Shown here: positions 1 through 8,920 of the stretch, piece after piece | How positions within the stretch are numbered: position 1 is the stretch's first letter | Layout: each line of letters starts with the position of its first letter | Origin: a virus | Lineage: Duplodnaviria; Caudoviricetes | Length of the DNA: 64,000 nucleotides | Strand: one strand, 5' to 3' | IMG/VR virus record: IMGVR_UViG_2758568729_000001 | Span: 64,001-128,000 of that record | The notes under the pieces: model-generated | Databases searched by the model: none | What the model saw: only the letters and a program-made list of their open reading frames with translations | What the model was told of the DNA's origin: nothing | Program-made: the position numbers and the translations under genes

Positions 1-1
1 G

Positions 2-1357
2 TCCGGTAAGACCAACGCCGGCAACGTCATCGGCGTAGGCGTGGCCCGCTGCCGCGACGCCCTGCTGTGGGACATCGATTTCACTGCCGGCCTGTACCTC
101 AACCTCCTCGCCGCGTTCATGGCAGGCAAGGCCAAGCAGCCGGCAGTCGACTGGGCGGCGTGGGACGAACACGAAGCCCTGCTGATGACCCGCGCGGCGA
201 TGCGCGGCCACCGGGCTCGGAAGTCCGGCTACCTGGAGCTGATGCGCGAGGTCGATGACGACAAGATCCCCGTGTCGGCGGAGGTGCCCGAGGTGGTCAT
301 CCGGGCGGACGAGATCAAACGCATCACCGGTGCCCCCTCCGAGTACCCCGAACTCAAGCAGCACCTCAGCGACATCATTTTTGAGGGGCGTGCGGCGGCC
401 TTCCGGGAAGTCCTCCTCGGGCTCCGGGCCACAGCGGACATCGTCGACACCGGCATCCAGGCCCAGTGCGGTGTGATCGCGGTGACCCGGGCCAAGTCCG
501 ACGCCGAGTACGCGTGGGCGTTCGGGTGGCACTCCGGCGCCACCGTGGAAGGCGCACCCCACCCTGGGTGCGGCTTCATCTCATTGGAGTCCGGGGCGAA
601 GCCAATCCCGGAGAAGTGGCGCAGGCTGCGCCCCAAGCAGTTGATGGAGGTAGGCATGGCCGTGGACGGTATTCAGCCACAGATGGACGAACTGACCCGG
701 CTGGCACTCGACGGACGGAACCCGGACGGGACACCGATGCAGGGGCTCCTCCCCGGTGACCTGGACTGCTACTCGACTAGGTGGGAGAGGTTCCGGGACC
801 GGTTCGGCGGTGACCACCCGTCGCAGCCGGGGCTGCCGACGCCGCCGGCCGACGATGTCGAGTCGAACGCCGCCCAGGGTGTGCGCAGCGAGGGCGACGA
901 GCTGCCGACGCCGCCGGCCGGGCCGGTCGTGTCTCAGGCGCAGGCGCTTTCCGACCTCGCCGCCACGATGGCCACTCTTCAGGAGGCGGTCGCCAAGGCC
1001 AAGGCCGAGCACGGCGAGGATGCCAACCTGCCCCCGTATGACCCGCAACTGCACGCCGATTTCGATGCCATTCTCGAAGCCGAAGGGTTCGGCACTGATG
1101 TGGACTGGGGTGACCCGGACAACTGGGCAACGCTGGTGGAGAGCGCACCGCAGCCCGACGACGAGGACAAGCTGCTCAACCTGATCCGTGATGCCGGCCC
1201 GACCGGTGCCCGCCCTCGGGACCTGCTGAACCAGTTGAAGGAGCAGCACGGCATCGTCACCAGCCGGGACACACTCCACACCCGGTTGCGGGCTCTCCGC
1301 GACGCCGGCAAGGTCCACAACCGGGAACACGGCCGCTGGAAGCTTGAGACGAACTGA
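2..1357 (+). CDS. TraB/FtsK-SpoIIIE-like DNA translocase, C-terminal part (5' end outside window)
   Basis: Frame is open from the window start and reads SGKT (Walker A end) at nt 2-13. Walker B-like VVIRADE, a Pro-rich linker and a C-terminal winged-helix-like segment (SRDTLHTRLRALRDAGKV...GRWKL) match the architecture of actinomycete TraB. Confidence 0.65.
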   Translation, partial: SGKTNAGNVIGVGVARCRDALLWDIDFTAGLYLNLLAAFMAGKAKQPAVDWAAWDEHEALLMTRAAMRGHRARKSGYLELMREVDDDKIPVSAEVPEVVIRADEIKRITGAPSEYPELKQHLSDIIFEGRAAAFREVLLGLRATADIVDTGIQAQCGVIAVTRAKSDAEYAWAFGWHSGATVEGAPHPGCGFISLESGAKPIPEKWRRLRPKQLMEVGMAVDGIQPQMDELTRLALDGRNPDGTPMQGLLPGDLDCYSTRWERFRDRFGGDHPSQPGLPTPPADDVESNAAQGVRSEGDELPTPPAGPVVSQAQALSDLAATMATLQEAVAKAKAEHGEDANLPPYDPQLHADFDAILEAEGFGTDVDWGDPDNWATLVESAPQPDDEDKLLNLIRDAGPTGARPRDLLNQLKEQHGIVTSRDTLHTRLRALRDAGKVHNREHGRWKLETN

Positions 1358-2100
1358 TGCTCGGGCGGACTCATGCGCTGAGCGGCGCGACCGGCTGGGT
1401 AGCCGGCTGCGCCGCAGCGACCGCCGTCGGGGCGGCGCCCTCGATGCAGGTGATGGTCGTCGGCGGGTTGGTGTCCGCCGGCATGGCGATCTTCCCCGAC
1501 ATCGACCACCCGCAGTCGACGATCGCCCGCACCCTCGGCCCGGTCACCGGCCTGGTGGCCCGGGGCATCGCCGCCGGGGCGTCCCGGCTCCGATCCGCGT
1601 CGTGTGACCACTGCGCCACCGGCCGGCGGAAGGGCGGGCACCGGCAGCTCACCCACACCGCTCTGTTTGCCCTCGCCCTCGGCGGGCTGGTCAGCCTCGC
1701 CGGCTGGCTGGCCGGGGCGCGCGTCGGCCTGGTCGTCGTGTGGGTTGCGGTTGGGCTCGCCGCCCGGGTGCTCCTGTCCCGCCGGCAGCGCGGCACCCTC
1801 GGCGCCGTGTTGATCGCCTCGGTGGTCACAGCCGCGGTTGCGGTCACTACCGAGATGCCGTGGTGGTGGCTCGGTGGGCCAGTCGCGTGGGGAACGTTCG
1901 CCCACTCCCTCGGCGACGCGGCCACGAAGTACGGGGCGCCACTGTGGTGGCCGGCCCGGATTCGCGGGTGCCGGTGGGCGCGTGTCGGCATGTGGGAACC
2001 GTTGAGATTCACCACTGGCGATACAGTGGAGCGTGTGGTGTGGTGGTTTCTGCTGTTCAGCTCGATCGGCGGCACCAGCTACGTCCTCACAGGAAGCTGA
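1357..2100 (+). CDS. YdjM-like metal-dependent membrane hydrolase
   Basis: MLGRTH start, PDIDH, HRQLTHT and HSLGD motifs, several hydrophobic helices; coupled to the upstream gene. Confidence 0.85.
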   Translation: MLGRTHALSGATGWVAGCAAATAVGAAPSMQVMVVGGLVSAGMAIFPDIDHPQSTIARTLGPVTGLVARGIAAGASRLRSASCDHCATGRRKGGHRQLTHTALFALALGGLVSLAGWLAGARVGLVVVWVAVGLAARVLLSRRQRGTLGAVLIASVVTAAVAVTTEMPWWWLGGPVAWGTFAHSLGDAATKYGAPLWWPARIRGCRWARVGMWEPLRFTTGDTVERVVWWFLLFSSIGGTSYVLTGS

Positions 2101-2104
2101 TGCG

Positions 2105-2455
2105 GTGGCCGATGGTTGGCATTGGGAGACCCGTGACGCGCAGGGCACAGTCCGCGCTCACGGGTCCGAACCGATGTGGGGCACCCCCGAAGACCAAGCC
2201 CGCGCCATCGGCCTGTGGGTGATGAATCAGATGGCCCAACTCGTGTGGGCCGCCGCCCCCGACTACGACCAGTTGGCTGGTGTACAGATCCGAGCCTGGT
2301 CAACCAAGCACCGGATTGAGGCGGTCGCCACCGGTGATGAGTGGCTGGAAACCCTGCGACCGGCCGATCGAGTCACCCCAGATGGTGCACCTCGGAAACG
2401 CGAGAGGGGCCGGCGTCCAGACCGGCCCCTTCAATGCGCGCAGGTGTCAGGCTAG
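2105..2455 (+). CDS. hypothetical protein
   Basis: ORF directly after the hydrolase; GTG start estimated. Confidence 0.5.
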   Translation: MADGWHWETRDAQGTVRAHGSEPMWGTPEDQARAIGLWVMNQMAQLVWAAAPDYDQLAGVQIRAWSTKHRIEAVATGDEWLETLRPADRVTPDGAPRKRERGRRPDRPLQCAQVSG

Positions 2456-2545
2456 CAGCCGTCGACCACGAGCAGTACCGTCGACAACACCTAACGGGAC
2501 CGTCCAGGGTCCCGCCCATCACCCTCGTCCAGGAGGGCAGGATCA

Positions 2546-3778
2546 GTGCAGACCATCGGGGATAACATCGCCCGGATTCGTAAGCAGCGAACGATCACCC
2601 AGGAACACCTTGCCGAAGCTGCCGGCCTCAGCGTCGAAACGATCCGCAAGCTCGAACGGAATGAGCGCACGGCCGCGCGGATGTCGACCTTGAACAAGAT
2701 CGCCCGTGTTCTGGGGGTTGCCACATCCACCCTGCTCGGCAACGTGGCCCGAGGTGCAGCCAACCGGGAGCCCGACTCGATACCCCTCGGTCTCGTCGAC
2801 ATGCGGCGAGCACTGACACCGGTACGCGGCCTCGGCGGGCAACTCGTTGAGGCGGGCCCCGAGCAAACCGCCCCCGCCTTGGATGATGTTCGGGACGCGA
2901 TCCTGACCGCTAACCGGATGTACCACGCCAACGACTACACGAACACGCTGATGGTGCTGCCTGGCCTGCTTGGTGAGGCCCGAATGCTGGTCGACATCAC
3001 CGATGGGGACGAGCGCCTGACCGCGCACATCCTTGCCGCCCGCGCGCATCAACTCGCAGGCAGGCTGATGATCCAAATGCGTCAGGTTGACCTGGCGCAC
3101 GCCGCCCTGACGTTGGCGCTCGACCACGCCGACCAGTCCGGTGACGAACTCACCGGCGCGGCAGCTATCGGCCCCATGTGCTGGCTGCTGCTGCGGCAGG
3201 GGCGGCTCGGCGAGACTGAGCAGTTGGCCATCAGTACAGCCGACCGAATCGAACCTCGTATGTCCCGGGCTCGGCCTGCTGAGGTCGCCCTGTGGGGTGA
3301 GATGTACGTGCGGGCGGCGGCAGCCGCGGTACGGGACAACCGGGACAACGACGCCGATCAGATGTTGGACCTTGCTGCCACAGCGGCGCAGCGCCTCGGC
3401 GACGAAACCGATGAGGTCATCGCAACCGGTGGAATCGACCTGTCGACCGGGTCGGTGGCGATGATGAGGGTGGAGGCTGCGGTGATCGCGGGCCGCCCGG
3501 ATCGGGCGTTGACGCTCTCTACCGGCATTGAGCGGTCTCCGCAGGTCACCCCGTCGTCCCGCCAGCGGCATCGTCTTGACGTTGCGTCGTCGTACGCCCA
3601 AACGGGGCAGTACGCCGAGGCGACCGGTGTGCTGCTGGAGATTCGGGAGCAGGCTCCCGCGTGGATTCGTCAGCAGCGGTATGCCCGAGACATCGTGGAA
3701 TCCATTCGGGATGTGCGACGCAGGGCGATGACGCAGGAGATGGCGGACTTGGCGAAGCTGGTCGGTGTAGACGTCTGA
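2546..3778 (+). CDS. XRE-family HTH transcriptional regulator with helical/TPR-like C-terminal domain
   Basis: N-terminal HTH (ITQEHLAEAAGLSVETIRKLERNER) followed by Ala/Leu-rich helical repeats; GGAGG RBS upstream. Confidence 0.85.
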   Translation: MQTIGDNIARIRKQRTITQEHLAEAAGLSVETIRKLERNERTAARMSTLNKIARVLGVATSTLLGNVARGAANREPDSIPLGLVDMRRALTPVRGLGGQLVEAGPEQTAPALDDVRDAILTANRMYHANDYTNTLMVLPGLLGEARMLVDITDGDERLTAHILAARAHQLAGRLMIQMRQVDLAHAALTLALDHADQSGDELTGAAAIGPMCWLLLRQGRLGETEQLAISTADRIEPRMSRARPAEVALWGEMYVRAAAAAVRDNRDNDADQMLDLAATAAQRLGDETDEVIATGGIDLSTGSVAMMRVEAAVIAGRPDRALTLSTGIERSPQVTPSSRQRHRLDVASSYAQTGQYAEATGVLLEIREQAPAWIRQQRYARDIVESIRDVRRRAMTQEMADLAKLVGVDV

Positions 3779-3808
3779 CCAGGGAAACCTGTACCGCATG
3801 TACCAGTT

Positions 3809-3844
3809 GGGACGGTGCGTACACGAAGTGGTACGCACCGTCCC
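3809..3844. promoter_or_regulatory. 14-bp perfect inverted repeat (operator or terminator) downstream of the XRE gene
   Basis: GGGACGGTGCGTAC-N8-GTACGCACCGTCCC. Confidence 0.55.
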
Positions 3845-3870
3845 TTCACCTTCTGTGATCGTCTGGGGAC

Positions 3871-3931
3871 GATCGGAGTAGGCGCGGCGACTAGTTCCGT
3901 GAGGGGTACGTAGTCGCCGCGCCTCCCGATC
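3871..3931. other. long stem-loop in the leader of the small-gene operon
   Basis: AGGCGCGGCGACTA...TAGTCGCCGCGCCT with flanking GATCGG/CCGATC. Confidence 0.5.
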
Positions 3932-4025
3932 GGCGCCGGGCCGACTTCCCCCGTGGTGGGCCCGGCGCTTCCCTTTGGTGGGGGAGCAGACGGGCGTCAC
4001 CCCCACCCGCGACCGAGGTGGGCGA

Positions 4026-4268
4026 ATGACGAACAGCAGCAGGCGAAAATACTTCAACGACGGGCAGGAGCCCGAGAGCGGGCCGCTGCCCGAACCGGAA
4101 ACCCCACCAACCCCCAAGCCCGCACCGTCCCCGCCGCCGGTGGTCGAGCCGCCGGCCGACGTGGTTAGCCTCATCGCCGCCACGATGGTCATGGGACGCT
4201 CCGGCACCCCGCACGCCCAGGCTCTGATCAGCCGCAACCGCAGTCGGCGCTGGCGGCGGATCGGATGA
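4026..4268 (+). CDS. small Pro-rich hypothetical protein
   Basis: ATG after GAGGTG; stop overlaps the next start. Confidence 0.4.
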   Translation: MTNSSRRKYFNDGQEPESGPLPEPETPPTPKPAPSPPPVVEPPADVVSLIAATMVMGRSGTPHAQALISRNRSRRWRRIG

Positions 4269-4777
4269 TGGCCGTGGAGGACTCCCGCCCGCACGGCACG
4301 ATCATGCCGCCGCAGGTGTGGCCGGCGATGCTCGGCAACGCGAGGGCGATCGTCGAAGCGCACCTCAACGAGCAGGAGTGTGGACTGTGCCCGGCGTATC
4401 GGCGGGGCGAGTGCGCCCGGTTGGCGTGGGCGAACCGGATGCTCGCCGACCCGGTGATGCTCGCGGTCGAGCGTGCCGCCGAGTCTGGAACACGACCGGT
4501 TACGGTCGGCGACCTGCCCGCAGTACCGGACGGCACGGTGGTGCACCTGGCGCCGGGGGACTGGTCCGACGGGCGTACGACGCAGACGCTGACCACGAAC
4601 GTGAGGGTCCTGCGGGTGCATACCGACCGGGCGGACCCGAACGGAACCCAGGTGTGGGTTACCGGCCACTGGTTGGAGTGCGGGTGGGAGTCGGTGCCGC
4701 CGCATCCGCCATGCGCGGAGGTGCTGGTGGAGGCTAGGGCTGTCCTGACCGCGCTTGTGGCGTTGGCGGGATCATGA
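4265..4777 (+). CDS. hypothetical protein (Cys/His motifs)
   Basis: Coupled ORF with H...CxxC...C...WA motif. Confidence 0.55.
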   Translation: MMAVEDSRPHGTIMPPQVWPAMLGNARAIVEAHLNEQECGLCPAYRRGECARLAWANRMLADPVMLAVERAAESGTRPVTVGDLPAVPDGTVVHLAPGDWSDGRTTQTLTTNVRVLRVHTDRADPNGTQVWVTGHWLECGWESVPPHPPCAEVLVEARAVLTALVALAGS

Positions 4778-5004
4778 GCCGCGTTGATGAGCCGTTGACC
4801 CGGGCCGCGATCTGGGAGGCGGCGGCGATGACGATCGCCCAGCACGAGGGCCGGGGCACCTCCTATGCCCCCGGTACTTGCGCCTGCTGTACCCCGGACG
4901 GGTGCGCCCAGCTCGCGTGGGCGGTGGCGATCCGGGCCGGCCGGAGCGCGGTGTACCCGGAACCGCAGCATCAGCCGGTTGATCGGTTGGCAGTCGCCCT
5001 GTGA
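4774..5004 (+). CDS. small Cys-rich hypothetical protein
   Basis: H...CxxC...C..LAWA motif, similar to the N-terminus of the previous ORF. Confidence 0.55.
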   Translation: MSRVDEPLTRAAIWEAAAMTIAQHEGRGTSYAPGTCACCTPDGCAQLAWAVAIRAGRSAVYPEPQHQPVDRLAVAL

Positions 5005-5222
5005 CCGATGAGGACGGCGCGGGGTTGACGAAGGTCACCTACAACCTGACGCCGGGTGCGCTTGATGCCCGGGACGAGTTGGTTGCGGGGTGGCGGGTGA
5101 CGAGGACGAGGGCGGTGGATCGGGCGTTGCGTGTTGCCGCGATGGTGCATCGTATTGCGCCGGATGGGCATATGCGTGTGATGCGGGATGACGGGTCGGT
5201 CGCGGACGTGTATTTCGTTTGA
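5001..5222 (+). CDS. small hypothetical protein (possible ribbon-helix-helix)
   Basis: KVTYNLT...RTRAVDRALR pattern; coupled start. Confidence 0.5.
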   Translation: MTDEDGAGLTKVTYNLTPGALDARDELVAGWRVTRTRAVDRALRVAAMVHRIAPDGHMRVMRDDGSVADVYFV

Positions 5223-5336
5223 GTTGGCGGGGTGGTTGCCGGTTCGCCGGTTGATGAGTGCTGTTCTTTTTTTGCACAACAGAAACACGACTTACATTCA
5301 TGTGTGTCTATTGACTGATGGAAGACTGGCCCTCTA

Positions 5337-6569
5337 ATGTCCTTCGCTATGAGAACACTCAGCCGCCGCGCAATCGCGGCGACCCTCGCCGTCGTAACCG
5401 CCCTCACGGTTATCGGCAACCCCGCCGTAGCGGCATCGGCCTCCTTCACGCCCCCTGCCGAATCGACGATCTCCAGCAGCGCGATCACCGGCCCAGTCCC
5501 CGCCCCATTCGCAAGCTGGGACGCGCTTTTCGCGCGGCAGGCCCTGATGAACAGCGCTCTCGACGCGATCCGGGCCGCCGACCCGGTCGACAACTACGGC
5601 GGCGCGGTCGCCGACCCCTCCAAAGACGCGTTGGTCATCTACTGGCGCGGTGAGATGTCGCCGGCAGCGCAGGCCGCCCTGGTCGAGCACCGCAAGCGCG
5701 TGCCGATCAGCGTCATCCCGGCCCGGTACACGGAGGCTGAACTGCTGGCTGAGGCCCAGCGTCTCAGCGCCAACCGGGAGATTGCCGTCGTCGGCCCGGC
5801 CGCCGACGGAAGCGGCCTGGTCATTCAGGGTCACGACGGCGCCCCCGGCGCGGCCGTACGCCAGTGGGTGTCGACAACGTCCCCCGGTGTCGCTGTTCGG
5901 TACAGCACCGCACCGGCCGACAAGATGATCCCCGCGACCCGGCAGAACGACAGCTCGCCATGGTCGGCCGGTGCGCGTACCGACGACTGCACCACCGGCC
6001 CGGTTGTACGCCGGGGGACGTCCGCGATCCGGATTATGTTCGCGGCCCATTGTGGCGGCAACGGCACGCAGGTGTTCGACAACAACGGTGAGCTAATCGG
6101 CACGGTCGAAGACGCCAACGCCACGGCCGATCACTCGCTTATTGTCCCCAACATTTTGGGCAGGGGCTGGACATGGGACGGCCCGGTCCAGTCAACCCAG
6201 GCCAAGGCGGTCGCCAGCGCGGGCGCCCCGGTCCTCGGTAACTGGTACTGCTCGTCGGGTAGCCATTCGGGCATCATCTGCACCATCCAGATGACCGAGG
6301 GTTTCGCCATGCGCGGCGGGATCGGCCCGCTCGCGCTCGGCGACAAAGACGTGGCCACTCTGCCTGCCGGCGGGCAGGGTGACTCCGGCGCCCCGATCTA
6401 CGACCTGACCGGAGCAAAGGTGATCATGCGTGGCCAACTCAAGCAGATCAGCACCAGCCGCCTGGTGCCCTGCCAAGGACTCGGCGGTCGCCTCTGCTCC
6501 TCCCGGATTGCGTTCTCATCCGTGCCTGCGTCGATGTCCGCACTCGGTGTGGGAATCGTGACCGGGTAA
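5337..6569 (+). CDS. secreted trypsin-like (S1, streptogrisin/alpha-lytic type) serine protease with pro-region
   Basis: Signal peptide; CTTG, AAHC, DHSLI and GDSGAP catalytic motifs. Confidence 0.85.
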   Translation: MSFAMRTLSRRAIAATLAVVTALTVIGNPAVAASASFTPPAESTISSSAITGPVPAPFASWDALFARQALMNSALDAIRAADPVDNYGGAVADPSKDALVIYWRGEMSPAAQAALVEHRKRVPISVIPARYTEAELLAEAQRLSANREIAVVGPAADGSGLVIQGHDGAPGAAVRQWVSTTSPGVAVRYSTAPADKMIPATRQNDSSPWSAGARTDDCTTGPVVRRGTSAIRIMFAAHCGGNGTQVFDNNGELIGTVEDANATADHSLIVPNILGRGWTWDGPVQSTQAKAVASAGAPVLGNWYCSSGSHSGIICTIQMTEGFAMRGGIGPLALGDKDVATLPAGGQGDSGAPIYDLTGAKVIMRGQLKQISTSRLVPCQGLGGRLCSSRIAFSSVPASMSALGVGIVTG

Positions 6570-6659
6570 CCAATCGGTGGAGCCGTTCGGGGCAGTATGC
6601 CCGTCATACTCCCCGAACGGCTTTACTCTCCGTATAGGAACAACTATCAAGAGGTGATC

Positions 6660-7256
6660 ATGCGCACACGCACACCGCTTACCGTCGGCGCCTGCATGCT
6701 GCTGGCGATCGTGACGCTCGGAGGATGCGGGCAAGCTACGGCCGCCAACGAATCGGCCCCGGTGCCCCCGCAGTCGACGGAGTACCCAATACCCCGCCCG
6801 ACCACCCCGCCCCCGTCGAACTCCCCCGTGCAGTCAGAGCTGACCAAATACGCGGAGCAGGTACAGGCGCTCGGCGAACGCCCTGAGTACCGCTCCGTGT
6901 ACGCCGGGGTGGAGACCGACATCTCCGGAAACCGGCTACTTGTCCACAGTCGCGAGTCCTCCACGTTCGCCGCAGCGGTACGAGCTGTCGTACCGGAGCA
7001 ACGGCTGTGGCTCCGGGAGGTGCCCCTGAGCGCGGACCAGTTGGCCACCGGTGTGACCGACATCAGCGGAGACATCGCCGACTGGAAGGGCCGAGGTATC
7101 GAGATCCGGAGCGTGGGGGCGCAGCCGGGGCTTGGGTGTGTGGAGATCGGTGTGGCGCAGCCCGACCGTGACCGAGAGACCTTGGTCGCCCACTACCAGG
7201 CGACCGTGCCGGTGTGCGTGATCCTGGGGAGCGTCCTGATCCCCGCCGCAAGCTAG
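6660..7256 (+). CDS. lipoprotein resembling the protease pro-region
   Basis: Lipobox LGGC, Pro-rich linker; YAGVETD..NRLLVH resembles YGGAVAD..DALVIY in the upstream pro-region. Confidence 0.7.
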   Translation: MRTRTPLTVGACMLLAIVTLGGCGQATAANESAPVPPQSTEYPIPRPTTPPPSNSPVQSELTKYAEQVQALGERPEYRSVYAGVETDISGNRLLVHSRESSTFAAAVRAVVPEQRLWLREVPLSADQLATGVTDISGDIADWKGRGIEIRSVGAQPGLGCVEIGVAQPDRDRETLVAHYQATVPVCVILGSVLIPAAS

Positions 7257-7347
7257 TTTCGACGATCGCCGCCGACCCGAGAGGCGGCGAGCCAGAAGGG
7301 GCGTCCCGGTTGGGTGCGCCCCTTCTGGTATTCCGAGGGAAGGTCTC

Positions 7348-7858
7348 ATGTCGCAAGCCGAATTCCGAGAGCTGTTCCGCGCCACCCGACACTCAGCGGT
7401 CCACCTTGAACTCCGCAACAGCTACGAGATCGACGCCCCCCGGCGTCAGAGCGAAATCCATCCCGACCCGGCCGTCCGGTCGACCTGGTGGACGCCGTGG
7501 CTCAATGATGTGGATGCCGCGAGAAAGCGCAAGGTGACCGTGCGCCGGGCACGGATGGTTGATGAGCCGGTGTCCGAGTACATCCGTTGGGAGCACTCCA
7601 CCACCTGGCGCAACCTTTGCTGCGGGGGAGGATGTCCGGTGGCTTCCTCGCCGGCTGGCCACCGGGCTGCTCGTGCCGGTCCATGACTTCTGGCTGTTGG
7701 ACGGCGAGGTGCTTGCGGTCGCGCACCACGGCGGTGACGGGCAGCTCGTGGAGGTGGAGATCCTGCGCAAACCGGCGCTGGCGGCGATGCACGCGGAGGC
7801 GTTCGAGCAGGTGTGGGAGTTGGCGGTGCCGCACGCGGATTACGTGCTGGCTGCCTGA
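7348..7858 (+). pseudogene. DUF6879-family gene with a frameshift
   Basis: AVHLELRNSY and RRARMVDEPVSEYIRWE in one frame continue as AAGEDVRWLPRR...DFWLLDG...VWELAVPH in another; one extra T at about 7616-7618 (CCTTTGC). Confidence 0.75.
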
Positions 7859-7878
7859 GCCGAGAAATCGCCACACGC

Positions 7879-7935
7879 GGCAAATTTGTTGCCAGCCTCC
7901 TTGACTTGCCCGATCGGGCTGGCAACATATTTGCC
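7879..7935 (+). promoter_or_regulatory. promoter with two GGCAA-N5-TTGCC operator palindromes
   Basis: Sites at 7879-7893 and 7921-7935 flank TTGACT (7901-7906); ATG follows immediately at 7936. Confidence 0.6.
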
Positions 7936-8841
7936 ATGACGACGGTTCGAATCGCCCCCCTTGAAAAGCCCACGGCGCTCTACCGCCACGCCAACAACAA
8001 GGTCATGCCCACCTACCTCCAGCTCAACTTGCAGAACGGAGCACTGGAGGCAATCGCCGAGGAGACCACCAACGACCCGCCGGAACGAGCCATACCCGGC
8101 AGCGCGCTCGAAGGACGGGTGCGGCGGTGGCTCATCCCGCTACTGACCGCCGAGGCCGCGAACGCCCTGCTCACCGAAGCCGGCCCGCTGGCTCAGAGGA
8201 TCCTCAACGGCGTCGACATCCGCCGCACTCGCGACTCCAGCGCCGAAGGCGTCGCCACCCTGAACGACGACGCCCGCGCGGCCGATGACGAACTTGACGT
8301 GCTGATCCAGACCTACCAGGGCGCCCCCACCATCAGCGAGATGCCGGCGGCCACATGGCACGCCGACGAGGAGCCCACCGAGATCGCCGACGACTGGGGC
8401 ATCACCGCATCCTCCGACGATGCCAAGCTGGACCGGGTGGCCGTTGAGATCGCCGCCGAAATCGAGGCGAGCGCCGACGCCACGTACGTCCCAACGGGCG
8501 TGCTGGACTACCTGCGCGAGGTACGTGACGGGCTCCGGGATGCCGTCCGGGCGGAGCTTAGCGAGGTAGCTGACCAGCGGGCACGGCTGACGGCTCGCCG
8601 CGACAAGTTGATCCGCCGGATCCGGTCCTGGGACGTCGACTCTGACCGGTCGATCGGGATGCTCGCGGGTGTGTCGCACACACAGGTGCAGAACATCGCC
8701 AAGGTCAGCGCCGGAGAGGGCGCCGTTGTGCGAGAGATCGCCGACCGTGTGTCCAAGGGCCACGGCCTGGATGACATCGCCGACGATCTCAATGCTCGGG
8801 GGGTATCCGTCCCCGAGGACGTACGGAAGTCGGCCCCGTAA
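7936..8841 (+). CDS. hypothetical protein with C-terminal HTH
   Basis: SDRSIGMLAGVSHTQVQNI HTH-like segment; apparently leaderless ATG. Confidence 0.6.
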   Translation: MTTVRIAPLEKPTALYRHANNKVMPTYLQLNLQNGALEAIAEETTNDPPERAIPGSALEGRVRRWLIPLLTAEAANALLTEAGPLAQRILNGVDIRRTRDSSAEGVATLNDDARAADDELDVLIQTYQGAPTISEMPAATWHADEEPTEIADDWGITASSDDAKLDRVAVEIAAEIEASADATYVPTGVLDYLREVRDGLRDAVRAELSEVADQRARLTARRDKLIRRIRSWDVDSDRSIGMLAGVSHTQVQNIAKVSAGEGAVVREIADRVSKGHGLDDIADDLNARGVSVPEDVRKSAP

Positions 8842-8854
8842 CCTAACGAAGACC

Positions 8855-8894
8855 GTTGTGGTTACCACAACAGGAGTGTTACTGTAACCACAAC
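8855..8894 (+). promoter_or_regulatory. promoter/operator inverted repeat
   Basis: GTTGTGGTTAC...GTAACCACAAC overlapping a TACTGT -10-like hexamer; strong RBS downstream. Confidence 0.55.
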
Positions 8895-8920
8895 AGACGC
8901 GGGAGGAGAGGTGAGCGAAC

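Noticed and set aside
2543-4705. Long minus-strand ORF (720 aa), and similar ones such as 18305-20056 and 36845-38566
   Set aside because: Arg/Pro-rich shadow frames opposite well-supported genes; expected in high-GC DNA.
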